From Octopus sinensis (taxonomy: Eukaryota), in assembly GCF_006345805.1 (NCBI RefSeq), contig NC_043018.1, positions 1,860,001 to 1,924,000 of the forward strand: a DNA stretch of 64,000 nucleotides. The letters are read 5' to 3'. Under the pieces are notes generated by a model. The model saw nothing but the letters and a program-made list of their open reading frames with translations. It was not told where the DNA came from and searched no databases. Below, in pieces: positions 12,668-25,765 of this stretch. The position numbers and the translations under genes are program-made. Numbering within the stretch: the first letter of the stretch is position 1; every line of letters begins with the position of its first letter.

Positions 12668-14544
12668 ATATATATATGTTTGTGTGTGTGTATGAGTGTG
12701 TATGTGTGAGTGTGTGTGTTTGTGCGTGTGTTTGTGTGTGTGTGTGTGTGTGTATGTGTGCTAATCTTGTTTTGCATTTTATTTCGCCTGGATGTACATA
12801 CGTATGCGTTTGTACTTCTATACACATACACACGTGTGTATGCACATGCAGTGTGTTGGAAATAACACAGAGTAATACTCAGATGGATAAGAACTTAAAC
12901 CCCTGCCACATTGTCTGGGATTAGTCCCACTAGCATTAAAAGTTAGCTTTAAGAACGATCCTTGTCGAGCCGTTATGGAGGGAAAATTGTAAATAAATAA
13001 ATACAAATATGCTTAGTTCGCGTATTTACATGGAATACAAAATACGGTGTACCGAATAAGGAAAACAAAATTAGTTATGTTATTTTGTTATCTCGACAGC
13101 TGTTTCGGGAGTGTCATGGCTTATGGCGTAATCGTCGTCATAACTAATAGATGCGCACGATCTCGTAGCTGAAACTAAGCGACCCTCTTTGGGAGAAGAA
13201 TGGTGAGTGCGTATTTTGTAGCAATATCTACGAATGTAAAGGTTTATAGAGAATAGCATGGAGAAGTGGGGGAGTATTTGAGGGAAATCATGCTTAGGAA
13301 GTTGGCATCATTAAAGAGAAGATGAAAAGATAACGATATCAGTAGACGAAAACAAGAAAGAGGATAGTTTGTTACCCGCCGAAATGTTGCGGAGTTGTCG
13401 GTAAAAAGCTACGGAGAAGCAACAGCAGCGAATGTCCACGTGCGAACCTGGTTGAGAACAAAACCAGTCACACAAGTATCGAGTGATGTAAGGGAGGAGG
13501 GTAAAGTGTACAAGAAATTGCGTTCTTTAAAAGGGGAAGTTACTTTATATACCAAAAAGAGTTCATATTATGGAAGAAACTTTGTAACATTTTATGCCTA
13601 CAAGCGAAAATTATGTCAGGATAGAAGTCTTCTAGTGACGTAATATACTAAGCGATTCGGAGACTACAATTGATAAACGTGCCTGTCTGTACTGTAGGGA
13701 CTTCTGCCAAACACTCTTCACCAGGACTAATCGTTGGGTTTGCCTTCGACCTTGAGAATGTAAGTATAGTAGCGAAACAATCTCAAATAGAACCAGAAAA
13801 CAATTGACCTACCTCGCCAGGGTGGGCATGTTGAAACGCTGGTGATAACTAAAAAGACAATGATAAAACATTAACTACTTTCGATGCCATTATCACTTTG
13901 TTTAATTTCACTTCAGCCAAACCGATGGTCATTTAAAGTTTGGGAAATATCTGTGCCACAGATTGTGTATGACGCTTTCTTATATTGTCACGGCATTGTA
14001 ATCTTGAAATTAGAACTGTGAGAATTAAGAGGCTCTAAGTTCATGATGTTAACCATCTTAAATATACGTATTAATGTCATTGGTAGCGGAGATAGCACAA
14101 ACACCTTCGGGGTTTTATGGATGTGTAGATATTTGTGCGTGCGTATATGTGTGTGGTCGCACGCTAAAGCGAGTGTGATGTGTGTGCATAGGTTGACCGC
14201 TCCTAAATTCGACCAGACAATTGACCGATTGAAATGTTGTGAATAAAACCTAGATTCTTGAAGGATTAATTTTAACAGTGAAGAGATTACAAACTAATCT
14301 AACAATAGCCTTTCCCAGGAATTGAAATATATAAATTAATTGACAGGATTGTGTCGCAGAATCTGTGTTTTAATACCGTGATTAGATAGATAGCCAGACA
14401 GCCAGACAGCCAGATCAACAGACAGATACAATGGTAATCTATAAGAAATGACTCACAGAATAATGAAAATATGTGTCTCTAATTTCACACTTCACTTCAG
14501 CCGATCGAAGCTCGTCCAAATCTGATATTAATTGTGAGGCGAAT

Positions 14545-14735
14545 GCGGCCAAATACTTAGCGATATTTTGCCCGTCTTTATGGTCTTAGTTCAAATTCCG
14601 CCGAGGTCGGCTTTACCATTTATCTTTCCCAGTTGATACTATAAGTACCAGTTGGGCACTAGGGTCGATTTAATCGACTAGCCCCGTCACCAAATTGTCA
14701 CAACATGTGCAAATAGTAGAAAGGAATATTAATTG
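14545..14735 (+). mobile_element. Family A SINE, diverged copy
   Basis: agttcaaattccgccgaggtcggctttaccatttatctttcc...aagtaccagttgggcactagggtcgatttaatcgact. Confidence 0.75.
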
Positions 14736-15146
14736 TTGGTGAAAAATGGCAATAGAAAATTTATTATATTTTCGTCAAAGGCACGAACTTCCACCATTTC
14801 ACATTATTTGCCTTAAAATAAAGTCATTTGTGTTTAATAGAACCGAGCTTTGATCGTTTAATTATGCATTGAAGCTTTTCTCTAAGAAAACATTCACATA
14901 TCCAAAACCCGTCAGTCAATATTAACCCCCAAAAGCATGGCCGTTGAATTTCAAGCAATTTTATAACAATGTTCTGGACATACATACATATATAAATACA
15001 TACATACATACATGCATACATTCATACATACATACATACATACATACATACATACATACATACATACATACATACATACATACATACGTAATACTTACAT
15101 ACACACATTTACACATATGTATACTCACACACATATATAGAGTGTA

Positions 15147-15530
15147 GTGGAGGCGCAATGGCCCAGTGGTTAGGGCAGCGGACTCGCGGTCATAGGATCG
15201 CGGTTTCGATTCCCAGACCGGGCGTTGTGAGTGTTTATTGAGCGAAAACACCTAAAAGCTCCACGAGGCTCCGGCAGGGGATGGTGGTGATCCCTGCTGT
15301 ACTCTTTCACCACAACTTTCTCTCACTCTTACTTCCTGTTTCTGTTGTACCTGTATTTCAAGGGGCCGGCCTTATCACTCTCTGTGTCACGTTGAATATC
15401 CCCGAGAACTACGTTAAGGGTGCACGTGTCTGTGGAGTGCTCAGCCACTTACACGTTAATTTCACGAGCAGGCTGTTCCGTTGATTATGATCAACCGGAA
15501 CCCTCATCGTCATAACCGACGGAGTGCTTC
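15147..15530 (+). mobile_element. tRNA-derived SINE, family C, full length
   Basis: gtggaggcgcaatggcccagtggttagggcagcggactcgcggtc (tRNA-like head, A box), ggtttcgattcc (B box), tail ggaaccctcatcgtcataaccgacggagtgc; inverted copy at 21768-22096. Confidence 0.9.
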
Positions 15531-15754
15531 CATCCCCATATAGTGTTGAGTTTACAAATTAATGTATGACTGTTGTTGCTCCGTTTAGAGCTCCTGGTGG
15601 ATTAAGATAATCCAGTACCCTTCCAGTATAGTGGTTAAGCAACAGATTTTCTTAGTAGTATTAATAGTTGTGAAATACAGCGAAAATGGAGAAGAATTAC
15701 GATAAACGTAAGCTTCTATTGGACACAAGTCTTGAGTAACCTAATGCAATGAAT

Positions 15755-15930
15755 ACAGTTCTGTATTTAATGTATATTATTTATATTATTTACATTTGAC
15801 TGATATTTGCCCTCATCTTGTTTGTTGTTAACACAACGTTTTGGCTGATATACCCTCCACAGTTACCTTAGGAATGAGAATCCAGGTTCGAAATTACCCC
15901 AAGACAAATATCCGTCAAATGTAAATAATA
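15755..15930. mobile_element. Internally deleted, self-inverted copy of the 3351-3500 PLE-type tail
   Basis: 15786-15858 is the antisense tail (ttatttacatttgac...ggctgatataccctcc); 15865-15928 is the sense tail with the hammerhead segment deleted (ccccaagaca|aatatccgtcaaatgtaaataa). Confidence 0.75.
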
Positions 15931-16162
15931 TAAATAATGTTAATATAATAAAGCTGTCCCGAGCGATCCACCCCGGCTAAGCATCCAAATGCACTTATTT
16001 GAAAGTCTAATGCATGATTCCAATCCAACATAATGTGGGAAACCTACGTGGCAGCTAAGTATATAAACATGTGTTTATCGAAAGTTTTCATATATATACA
16101 TATATATATATATATATATTATATCATATACATTATATATGTTGGTATACATACATAATACA

Positions 16163-16196
<34 letters not shown>

Positions 16197-16207
16197 GATA
16201 ATATATC

Positions 16208-16267
<60 letters not shown>

Positions 16268-16313
16268 AGCAAAGTTATTTTATTCACACGGGTTGAAATA
16301 TGGGAAAAATATC

Positions 16314-16732
16314 AGTTGGAAATGCACTGTGAATAGTTAAAATAGTTTTTTATTAAATTATTTGAATCTTTAACCAGTTTCACAGTTTACACTGATTTTC
16401 AAAATGTTAAAAATAAAAAGACGTGGCTTATGTCGCAGCTAATTTGCTCCTGACTAGTGTTTCAAGCTTGCCCTATTTTTATAGGGAATTTATCGCTCAA
16501 ATTAGTATGTGTTTAGAAATAGGGTTTCATTGATATAGGTTAGTCATATGCCTGGTCTGAAAAGGCTTTGTAGTTTCCCGCTAGGTCCGTGTGTTAGTAT
16601 CAAGTGACAAGGTTTAGCTACGACGTAAGCTATTTCATTCAAAGTTTTAAAAGTCAGTGTAAACCGTGAAACCTGTAAAATCGTAAAAATATAATAAAAA
16701 ATATTGTAAGAACTCTCAGTGCATTTTCAACT
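16314..16732. mobile_element. Old MITE/foldback with long imperfect inverted arms
   Basis: agttggaaatgcactg (16314) pairs with cagtgcattttcaact (ends 16732); gtttcacagtttacactgattttcaaaa (~16377) pairs with ttttaaaagtcagtgtaaaccgtgaaac (~16645). Confidence 0.55.
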
Positions 16733-17384
16733 TCTATTTTGCCTACATTTATATATGCGCGCGTATGTCTGTGTGTGTGTATGTGTGGGTGTGTGTGTGT
16801 GTGAGTGTGTGTGTGTATGTGTGTGTGTGTGTGTCTGTATGTCTGTCTGTCTGCGTATTTGGCTTAGGGTATAAGGATTCAGGAAAATCAGGCGATTACA
16901 GTATTAGCTTTCAGAAATGCTGGCTAAGACAATTAGTAAAACCGTAATCTGTTAATCCAAATAATACTGCATAGAAAATCCGGGAAACTTTGCAGATTAT
17001 GAAAGGGGTTTCTACATTCACGACTTTAAACATTTCTTCAGACTAATCACTTTGCTAACGTCAAGATTCTCTCTCTCCCTCTTTCCGTCCTCAGGTATAC
17101 ATTATAAATATATTACATATTCATACATACATACGAAGACATGCATAAAACAAAACATACATACGTGCACGCATGCATACAGTGCGTACGAAAGTGTTCT
17201 GTTGCTGTTGCTGAAATGCCAATGAAGGAGCCTTGACTCTAAGGTTAGAAATTGGCTCTTTTTCTATTGGCAAGAAATCTTGAAATAAAACGAAGAATGG
17301 CATACACACATACACATACATACATACGTAAGTACGTATGTATATACATATATATGTATGAATGTATGTATGTATATATATATA

Positions 17385-17423
<39 letters not shown>

Positions 17424-17544
17424 ATTATATATGTATGTATGTATGTATGTATATATTCATATATATATATATATATGTGTGTGTGTGTATGTATATTATA
17501 TATGTATGTATGTATGTGTACGTTAGTGTGTATTATTTTATTCT

Positions 17545-17615
17545 TTTATTTCTTTACTTGTTTCAGTGCTCCATGCTGGAGCACCGCCTTGACGGGCTTT
17601 TGGCGCGACGTTGTC

Positions 17616-17665
<50 letters not shown>

Positions 17666-17825
17666 GACGGGTTTCTTTCAATTTCCCTCTCTCAAATCAA
17701 CTCACAAGGCTTTGGTCGGCCCGAGGCAGGAGTAAAAAAACACTTGTACAAGGTGCCATGCTGTGAGAGTGAACTCGGAACCATGTTATTGGGAAGCAAT
17801 CATCTTAGCCCACAGGCAAGCCAGC
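17545..17825 (-). mobile_element. Family B SINE, fragmented around a (TA)n run
   Basis: ctcacaaggctttggtcggcccgaggc and ccatgctggagcaccgcctt match the intact copy at 46464-46877. Confidence 0.75.
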
Positions 17826-17899
17826 AGGTGTCAGGTATGAAAACAATGTAGAGCGTATTTGTATTTATATATCAAATGATAGAGAAACGCAAATATATT

Positions 17900-18347
<448 letters not shown>

Positions 18348-18928
18348 GGAAAACCGTGAAAATGTCTGAAACAGAAAGTTCTTAATAGTTCAGAAGTAGT
18401 TCGGTTCTCTCCAGCATGAGCATGAACTGAAATCCATAATGTTTACGTGATTTAGCCAGGTAAGAAGATCATGGTGCCATATGAGAGGAAAAATACTTGG
18501 AATTTATCCTAAAGAGGTGTGCAGTAAGTACTTGAAAGATATTTCTAGAATAGTTGCGTGATTGGTGCAGATCCTTGCATATTGTCTGCAACACCGAAAA
18601 GATCTCAGTTCCAGGAGTTTAATCGCATTCTTTTATATTCTTCTTCAAAGCAAAAGTTCCATTGCAAATACACGAAAAATTACTCAATATTTCAAGAAGT
18701 AGAACACGATGAAATGTTTTTTTTTGTTGTTGTTTTTTGTATTTATTGACGTGGTTAGTGCATGAGATAGCGAAAGTGGGGATGGAGTTTGGAATAACGG
18801 ATTATTTGTGGTAGGAAAAAAAAGTCTAAACGGACAATGCAAAACAAAATTATGATTCGTCTTTAAAAGTCTGAAAGTCTTTAAACAATTAATCATTCGA
18901 AGCAGAATCAAAAATGAAACAAAATACG

Positions 18929-18997
<69 letters not shown>

Positions 18998-19201
18998 GTA
19001 ATAGTAGTAATACCAAAACAATAATAATAATAATACTACTAAAATAATAATATAATAATTAATAAAATAATAAAAATAATAATGATAATAATAATAATTA
19101 ATAATAATAATAATAATATAATAATAATAATAATAATAATTATAATAATAATAATAATGATAATAATGGTAATAGTAGTAATACCAACCAACAATAATAA
19201 T

Positions 19202-19251
<50 letters not shown>

Positions 19252-19262
19252 GTAATAATAAT
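18929..19262. repeat. (AAT)n microsatellite
   Basis: Direct reading. Confidence 0.95.
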
Positions 19263-19504
19263 CACAAAAATAATTTCTTTATTATTAACATCAAAGTGAC
19301 AGATGAGGGGACGTTACAAAAACAAAATGGAAAAAGAATGGTGTTGGTATAGGTGGCGCTGATGGCGGGGTTACACAGAATCGATTATGAAAGAAGAATT
19401 GAAAAAACAACCAACATACAAAAGAAATTACATAATTTTACGTGTTGATGGTGGTGTTATTCTTCTTATTATTATTATTATCATTATTATTATCATTATT
19501 ATTA

Positions 19505-19544
<40 letters not shown>

Positions 19545-19628
19545 AAGTGAAATTCCTAGTAGAAAACAGGTGTTCAATAATGAACTTTATTTTAGAAGAC
19601 GCAACAACAACAACAACAACAACAATAA

Positions 19629-19673
<45 letters not shown>

Positions 19674-19719
19674 GGTGTTTTCGGCTGATAATTTGGTGTA
19701 TTTTTCTACTTTTTATTAT

Positions 19720-19750
<31 letters not shown>

Positions 19751-19896
19751 TTTTAGAATTCTTGTATTGTTTGGTGTCAAATAAGAACTTCATTATTAAA
19801 GAACTATTCAGGATATGGGTCTGTGTGAGCGGTTATGTATGTATGTCGTATATACATACACATGTATACATTAGCACACACACACACACCACACAT

Positions 19897-19933
<37 letters not shown>

Positions 19934-20187
19934 CAATGTTTATATTGTATATTATATATATATATATATATTATATAGAGAGAGAAGAGAGAGAGAGAGG
20001 GAGATATGTATATATATATATATATATATATGCATATACGTACCTGTGCACATATACAGGTGCCCGAATGTGCATGCATATGCATGTGGACGCATGTGTA
20101 CACATATGTGCCTGTATAACTGTATATATATATATATGATAGACTGTCTATTTGTGTGCATGCGTCTGTACATATATCAATATATAG

Positions 20188-20226
<39 letters not shown>

Positions 20227-20415
20227 TATACATATATATAAAGATATATATACACATATATATACAAATATATAGAAATACACACACACATATATATATA
20301 TATAACATATATATATATAACATATATCGTCGTCGATATATGTATAATACATGAGATATAGCTGGATGCACATATAATTTTGCCGTATATATATATACAT
20401 ACATACAGATGTATC

Positions 20416-20462
<47 letters not shown>

Positions 20463-20789
20463 GGCTTATTGATCATTGTATGTAAGTGTTGGTATTTGTA
20501 CATTTGTATTTGCCTACAGGAGTACGTCGTCTATGAGTTCATGCACTTATATAAGGTAATTATATATGATGTTCGCGTTTTCGCCGGTACGCTTGCGCGT
20601 GTACGTGAGTTTGTTTGTGTGTGTGTGTCTGTGTGTGTGTGTGTGTTGTGTGTGTGTGTGTGTGTGTGTGTAGAGGGTGTTAAAGTTAGATCTTCGTGAG
20701 ATTATTTGAGACGAAATAACTTGGTGCTGAATTAAAATATTAAGTTATTTCTCGTTAATTTTTGTTTTTCGAACAATTTCTTTTTCAAT

Positions 20790-20825
<36 letters not shown>

Positions 20826-21022
20826 GTCATCATCATCATCGTCATCATCATCATCATCGTCATCATCATCATCATCATCATCATCACCATTATCGCTGTA
20901 AACATCATCATCATCATCATCATTGCTGCCGTCGTCATCATCATCCTCATATAATCACCGCCTTCGTTCAGGTCTTGTTCTTCTTCAGCTGCATTAGTAG
21001 TAGTAGTAGTAGTAGTAGTAGT

Positions 21023-21101
<79 letters not shown>

Positions 21102-21140
21102 CAGCAGCAGCAGTTGTTGTAGTAGTAGTCATCATCATCA
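20790..21140. repeat. (CAT)n/(TAG)n/(CAG)n compound trinucleotide repeat abutting the RTE tail
   Basis: Direct reading; poly-His/Met/Ser ORFs are artefacts. Confidence 0.95.
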
Positions 21141-21493
21141 TTGTTCGACCGTGGTCGAGACAATGGAATTTACCATGTTGCGCCAGACTTCACGGTCCAT
21201 CATAGCATTACGGAGGTCCTGTTGCTGGATGCCTGTATCCCTGGAGATTACATCAGGGTAGGAGAGTGTGCGCCCTCTGGTGTTGCGAGTAGATGCTTCA
21301 GAGGAGAAGAGTAGAAATTACTTCTTTTTCAGCTCTACAACAAGGTCCAGCAAACTGGACTCTCCTACCTTTCACAAGAGATGACACAGGTGGTAGTTTC
21401 CCATATATTTGCATTTTAGTTGGATGGCGCTTCCACGAGAGATTTTGAGCTCTCATAAGGAGGCGAGTGTAGGTTCCATCCAACCGCCTCCTC

Positions 21494-21495
<2 letters not shown>
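21131..21495 (-). mobile_element. RTE-clade LINE 3' fragment
   Basis: RRRLDGTYTRLLMRAQNLSWKRHPTKMQIYGKLPPVSSLVKGRRVQFAGPCCR...; after a frameshift STRNTRGRTLSYPDVISRDTGIQQQDLRNAMMDREVWRNMVNSIVSTTVEQ* followed by a (TGA)n tail, typical of RTE ORF C-termini. Confidence 0.8.
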
Positions 21496-21541
<46 letters not shown>

Positions 21542-21767
21542 AAGTTGTAGTTGTGTATGATGCGAAGGCTAACCCTGAATGTGATGACGTGAGCAGGATG
21601 TCACGAGGTTGTGCAGAGTTACATTCAACTCTGCTTCACAGAGTGAATGAAGTTAGTCTTTCATTATTTTCAAACATTTTCGGGGCCCGGGTACAATCTC
21701 ATTTTCTCTTAAAAGGGTACACAGACACACATAGACACACACGCACGTATATATATTTTTTTATATC

Positions 21768-22096
21768 GTGGCACTCTGTCGGTTACGACGACGAGGGTTC
21801 CAGTTGATCCAATCAACGGAACACCCTGTTCGTGAAACTAACGTGTAAGTGGCTGAGTACTCCACAGACACGTGTACCCTTAACAGAGTTCTCGGGGAGA
21901 TTCAGTGTGATAGAGAAGCAAGAAGAAAGAGTGAGCGAAGTTGTGGTGAAGGAGTACAACAGGGTCCTGCCGGTGCCTAGTGGAGCTTTTGATTTTTTCG
22001 CTCAATGTACACTCACAAATCCCGGTTTGGGAATCGAAACCGCGATCTTACGACCGCGAGTCCGCTGCCCTAACCACTGGGCCATTTCGCCACCAC
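21768..22096 (-). mobile_element. Family C SINE
   Basis: Reverse complement matches 15147-15530 (ccctaaccactgggccatt; gtcggttacgacgacgagggttcc). Confidence 0.88.
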
Positions 22097-23807
22097 ATAT
22101 ACGGCGTGCTAACGTTTATATACATTGGCGTGTATATATGTATGTGTGTGATAACGTGTATATGTATATGCACATATATAGATACACTTATGCTTATACA
22201 CACACGCACATATATACTCTCACAGACAGACCTATATACGGAATACCGTCTTAAATAATTAAGTTCTTATTTGGCACCAAACAATACAAGAATTCTCAAA
22301 AAAGAATATCAAAAATGTAGGTCATGTTACTAAACAGCGGAATTAAAAACCGAACTTGGAGATGATAATCTTCTGATCAACAAAAAATAGAGCGAAAAAG
22401 TTTTATAATCCAGAAACGATGTTGATCTTACTGATGAGTTTTTTCTTGTTTTTTTCTTTTGTTCTTGTTGCTTTGTTGTTGTTGTTGTTATTCTTGCTGC
22501 TACTGCTGCTGCTGCTGCGGTTGCTGCTGCTGCTCTTGTTGTCTTTGTTCCTGAATTTGCTTTTCTTTTATTGTCAATTTCCTGGACAGATCTTTAACCA
22601 AAGGCGTTTCCAAACACATCATGCCTTCCTTATTTTCCTGAGATTTATATTTGCAGGTATTTGTATTCGATTTATTTAAGATGATATTTAACATAATTTG
22701 AAAGCTGATTAGACTGCTATGTTCAGCAGAACGCGTGACTGCATAGTAGTCTAATTGTCTAATTAGTCTAATTTCTTGTAGTCTAATTTGCATTTACTCC
22801 CAGATCATCCAAGATTACGAAATCCATCATTGGGAGATACAAAATCTTTCTTCGGAAGTTAGGAACATTACTTTCTCTAAGGTCGCCTTCACGTATAACA
22901 GGCATTCTCACACTCTCTCTCTTCCTCTTTCTTTCTCTTCCTCTTTCTATCTCTTCCTCTTTCTATCTCTGTCTTCTTCTTTCTCTCTTACTCTTTCTCT
23001 CTCTTTCCATCTCTCTCGTTCCCCTTCTGTCTTAGTTTCTTCCTATTTCTCTCACACACACAAACTCCTTCCTTTCTTTATCATCATTTACATCACCATC
23101 ATTCTCTCTCTCTCTTTCTCTCTCTCATTCTCTCTTTCTTTCTTTCTCCTTCCCCCCACCCAACGTTCACAGCACGTGCCAGTTAGATGGAGACTTTCGT
23201 AGTTATGTTACAAAGAATATAATTTTTCTTGCGAGTTATTGATATCATTTTGGATTTCCCAGGCTAATAAATCTGTTTAAAGCCGTGCTAAATATTTACA
23301 CGATGAAAAATTACAGCACTAAAAGTTCGAGAATTAAGCGTTTGACTTTCATCAGTCGTACTAAAATCTTATGTATGCTAATATGATATGTAAATAAGAA
23401 AATTCCGTCATAAAACAAAAGAAAAACAAAAGAAAACATTCTTCGCAGAAAGTCTGGTTTTTATGTAAAACAGAATTTATTTCTGGTCTTAACTGCAATG
23501 TATCAAGTGTATAAGAGATTTTCATTTAAGATGCATTTTTTTTTAAAGCAACGCTAATGCGATTCATCGTAGAAAAGGTCACAGGGGTGGATATAAGAAC
23601 GTAACCACGCACTTGTTAACATGACAGAGTAAGTCACGCAGGTAATTATATGGTTTCTTGCCACGCTAATGTGATGCATCGTTGAGAAGTTCACGAGAGC
23701 TGACGTGTAATATTTTCATTGCAATACGGTGAAAAGATAACGCACGCAAACATACACACACAAACACATGTATATATATATGTGTATATATATATATGTG
23801 TGTGTGT

Positions 23808-23843
<36 letters not shown>

Positions 23844-24012
23844 GCATCATATATGTATATATCATATATATATATATATATATATAGATAGATAGATACA
23901 TATGTGTATATATATGTTTATATCATATATATATATAGCATATATATATATAAATGTATAAATATATATACAGATATTTATGTATGTGTATATATGCATA
24001 CATACACTCACA

Positions 24013-24226
24013 TGTTCTTTCTACTCTAGGCACAAGGCCGGACATTTTAGGGGAGGTGGCCAATCGATTAGATCTACCAGTATGCAGCTGGTATTAAATT
24101 TAACGACCCCGAAAGAATGAAAGGCAAAGTCGACCTCCGCAGAATTTTAACTCAGAACGTACAGAGAGACGGAAAACCGCTAAGCATTTCGGCCGGCGTG
24201 GTAACGTTTCTGCCAGCTCGCTGCCT
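24013..24226 (-). mobile_element. Family A SINE
   Basis: gaaagaatgaaaggcaaagtcgacctccgcagaattttaactcagaacg...ctgccagctcgctgcc, revcomp of family A. Confidence 0.85.
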
Positions 24227-24241
24227 TCACACACATACACA

Positions 24242-24382
<141 letters not shown>

Positions 24383-24401
24383 CATATATATATATACATA
24401 A

Positions 24402-24460
<59 letters not shown>

Positions 24461-24700
24461 TAATATATATATATGTATGTATGTATATTTATTTGAGTAA
24501 TTGAATGAATTATTTTATTAAGGATAATTCGAAAGCTAATCGATACCTGGGTAGCAAATTCACATCAGAAAGAACACGGTTGAAGCTACGTCCCTAGGGC
24601 ATAGACTACGTGTCTTCGTGCGGAAATTTGTACGTTTATTTTAAAATTATAAGTATATGAAAGAATGGAGTTGAACGACTAGTTAACAAATATCCTTTAA

Positions 24701-24780
24701 TCTCGACATATGTTTCGAAAGCTGCATATTCCTAATTCCGAGGAATAAGGAGTACATTATGCAGATTTCTCATCAGGAAA
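24701..24780 (-). ncRNA. Type-I hammerhead ribozyme in the PLE 3' repeat, core intact
   Basis: Minus strand tttc-CTGATGA-gaaatctgcata..tatgcagctttc-GAAA-catatg-TC-gaga; palindromic stem III ACAUAUGU; predicted cleavage 3' of C at 24705. Confidence 0.85.
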
Positions 24781-25315
24781 ATCAAGGAATCAAAATACAC
24801 AAAAAACTTTTAGCTGACCGCTCTCAAGGAGCCCATGGCGATAATGAGTGTCTCTTTATAATGAGTGACGTCAGAGTGGCTGACTGTAGAAGAATCTAGA
24901 AGTTTCTAAAGGTTCAAGAGTTCAAACGAAGTAGGAGGAGGGAGGCATAAGAATAGTAAGGTGAGAGAGTGCATGTCAAAAGAATGGTGGGTTTGAATGA
25001 TTTCTTTTGTGAATGAGTGCCTGTGTGTGTGACTGTATATAACTGTCTTAATGTGTGTATGTGTGTGTCTGAATGCGTGATTGTGTTTGTGGATGGGTAG
25101 ATGTCAGAAAACTGACACCTGTGAGGTGAAAGATCTGTGTCTGTGTGTTCGATTATGTTTACTGTAGAGAAATGAAGGGAGAAAGAATCGGGCGAGGTGA
25201 GAGGCAACGCAAGAATGGATAGTAGTAATTGGGAGTATAAGAAAATCTTTTTGACTATTGGGGTGAAATATAGGAAAAAAAATTTTGGGAAATCGAGGGG
25301 TTATCTATATTAGTC

Positions 25316-25765
25316 ACTATCTATATGAGTGAAAGGTGTGTCTTTTCCAGTGTAAACACCTGTAGGATCTTTCGACGATTGTGTTTATTAAAGGGACTTT
25401 GGCGAACAAAATATGAAAAAGTTCGGAATTACAGATGCCACAAAATTTTTTGCCTTTATCAAACGGGAAGGACACCGACAAAATGGACCATTCGAGCTTG
25501 AACGTAGTGTTATTGTTCTTCAGACGCCAGACTAATTTGCTTAGCCCCGTGCTGTGTTGCTTTCTCTTATCTCTGAAAGTGGAATAATGGTTGGAGATCC
25601 TTTGGGATAATTTAGAAGAGGTTGCGCCAATATAGAAGTAGACATCGGTTAAAGAAGAGATTTTGCATTGGTAAGTGGTGTTTCTAATTTTGGAATTTGG
25701 GGATAGGAACTTTAATCTGTTGGGGTTGGTTTCCGATACTAAAAATTGTTGCTGGCTTTGGCCAC
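25316..25765 (-). pseudogene. GIY-YIG endonuclease domain of the PLE (not in the ORF track; no start codon, frameshifted from the RT frame)
   Basis: Manual translation: ...NTTYQCKISSLTDVYFYIGATSSKLSQRISNHYSTFRDKRKQHSTGLSKLVWRLKNNNTTFKLEWSILSVSFPFDKGKKFCGICNSELFHILFAKVPLINTIVERSYRCLHWKRHTFHSYR*. Confidence 0.85.

Noticed and set aside
18415-18459. 45-nt segment with good acceptor and CAG|GTAAGA donor
   Set aside because: Stops in all three frames; could only be a non-coding exon, with no support.
22500-22793. Minus-strand ORF ending in poly-Gln
   Set aside because: Poly-Q comes from a CAG/CAA repeat; weak acceptor; not supportable as CDS.
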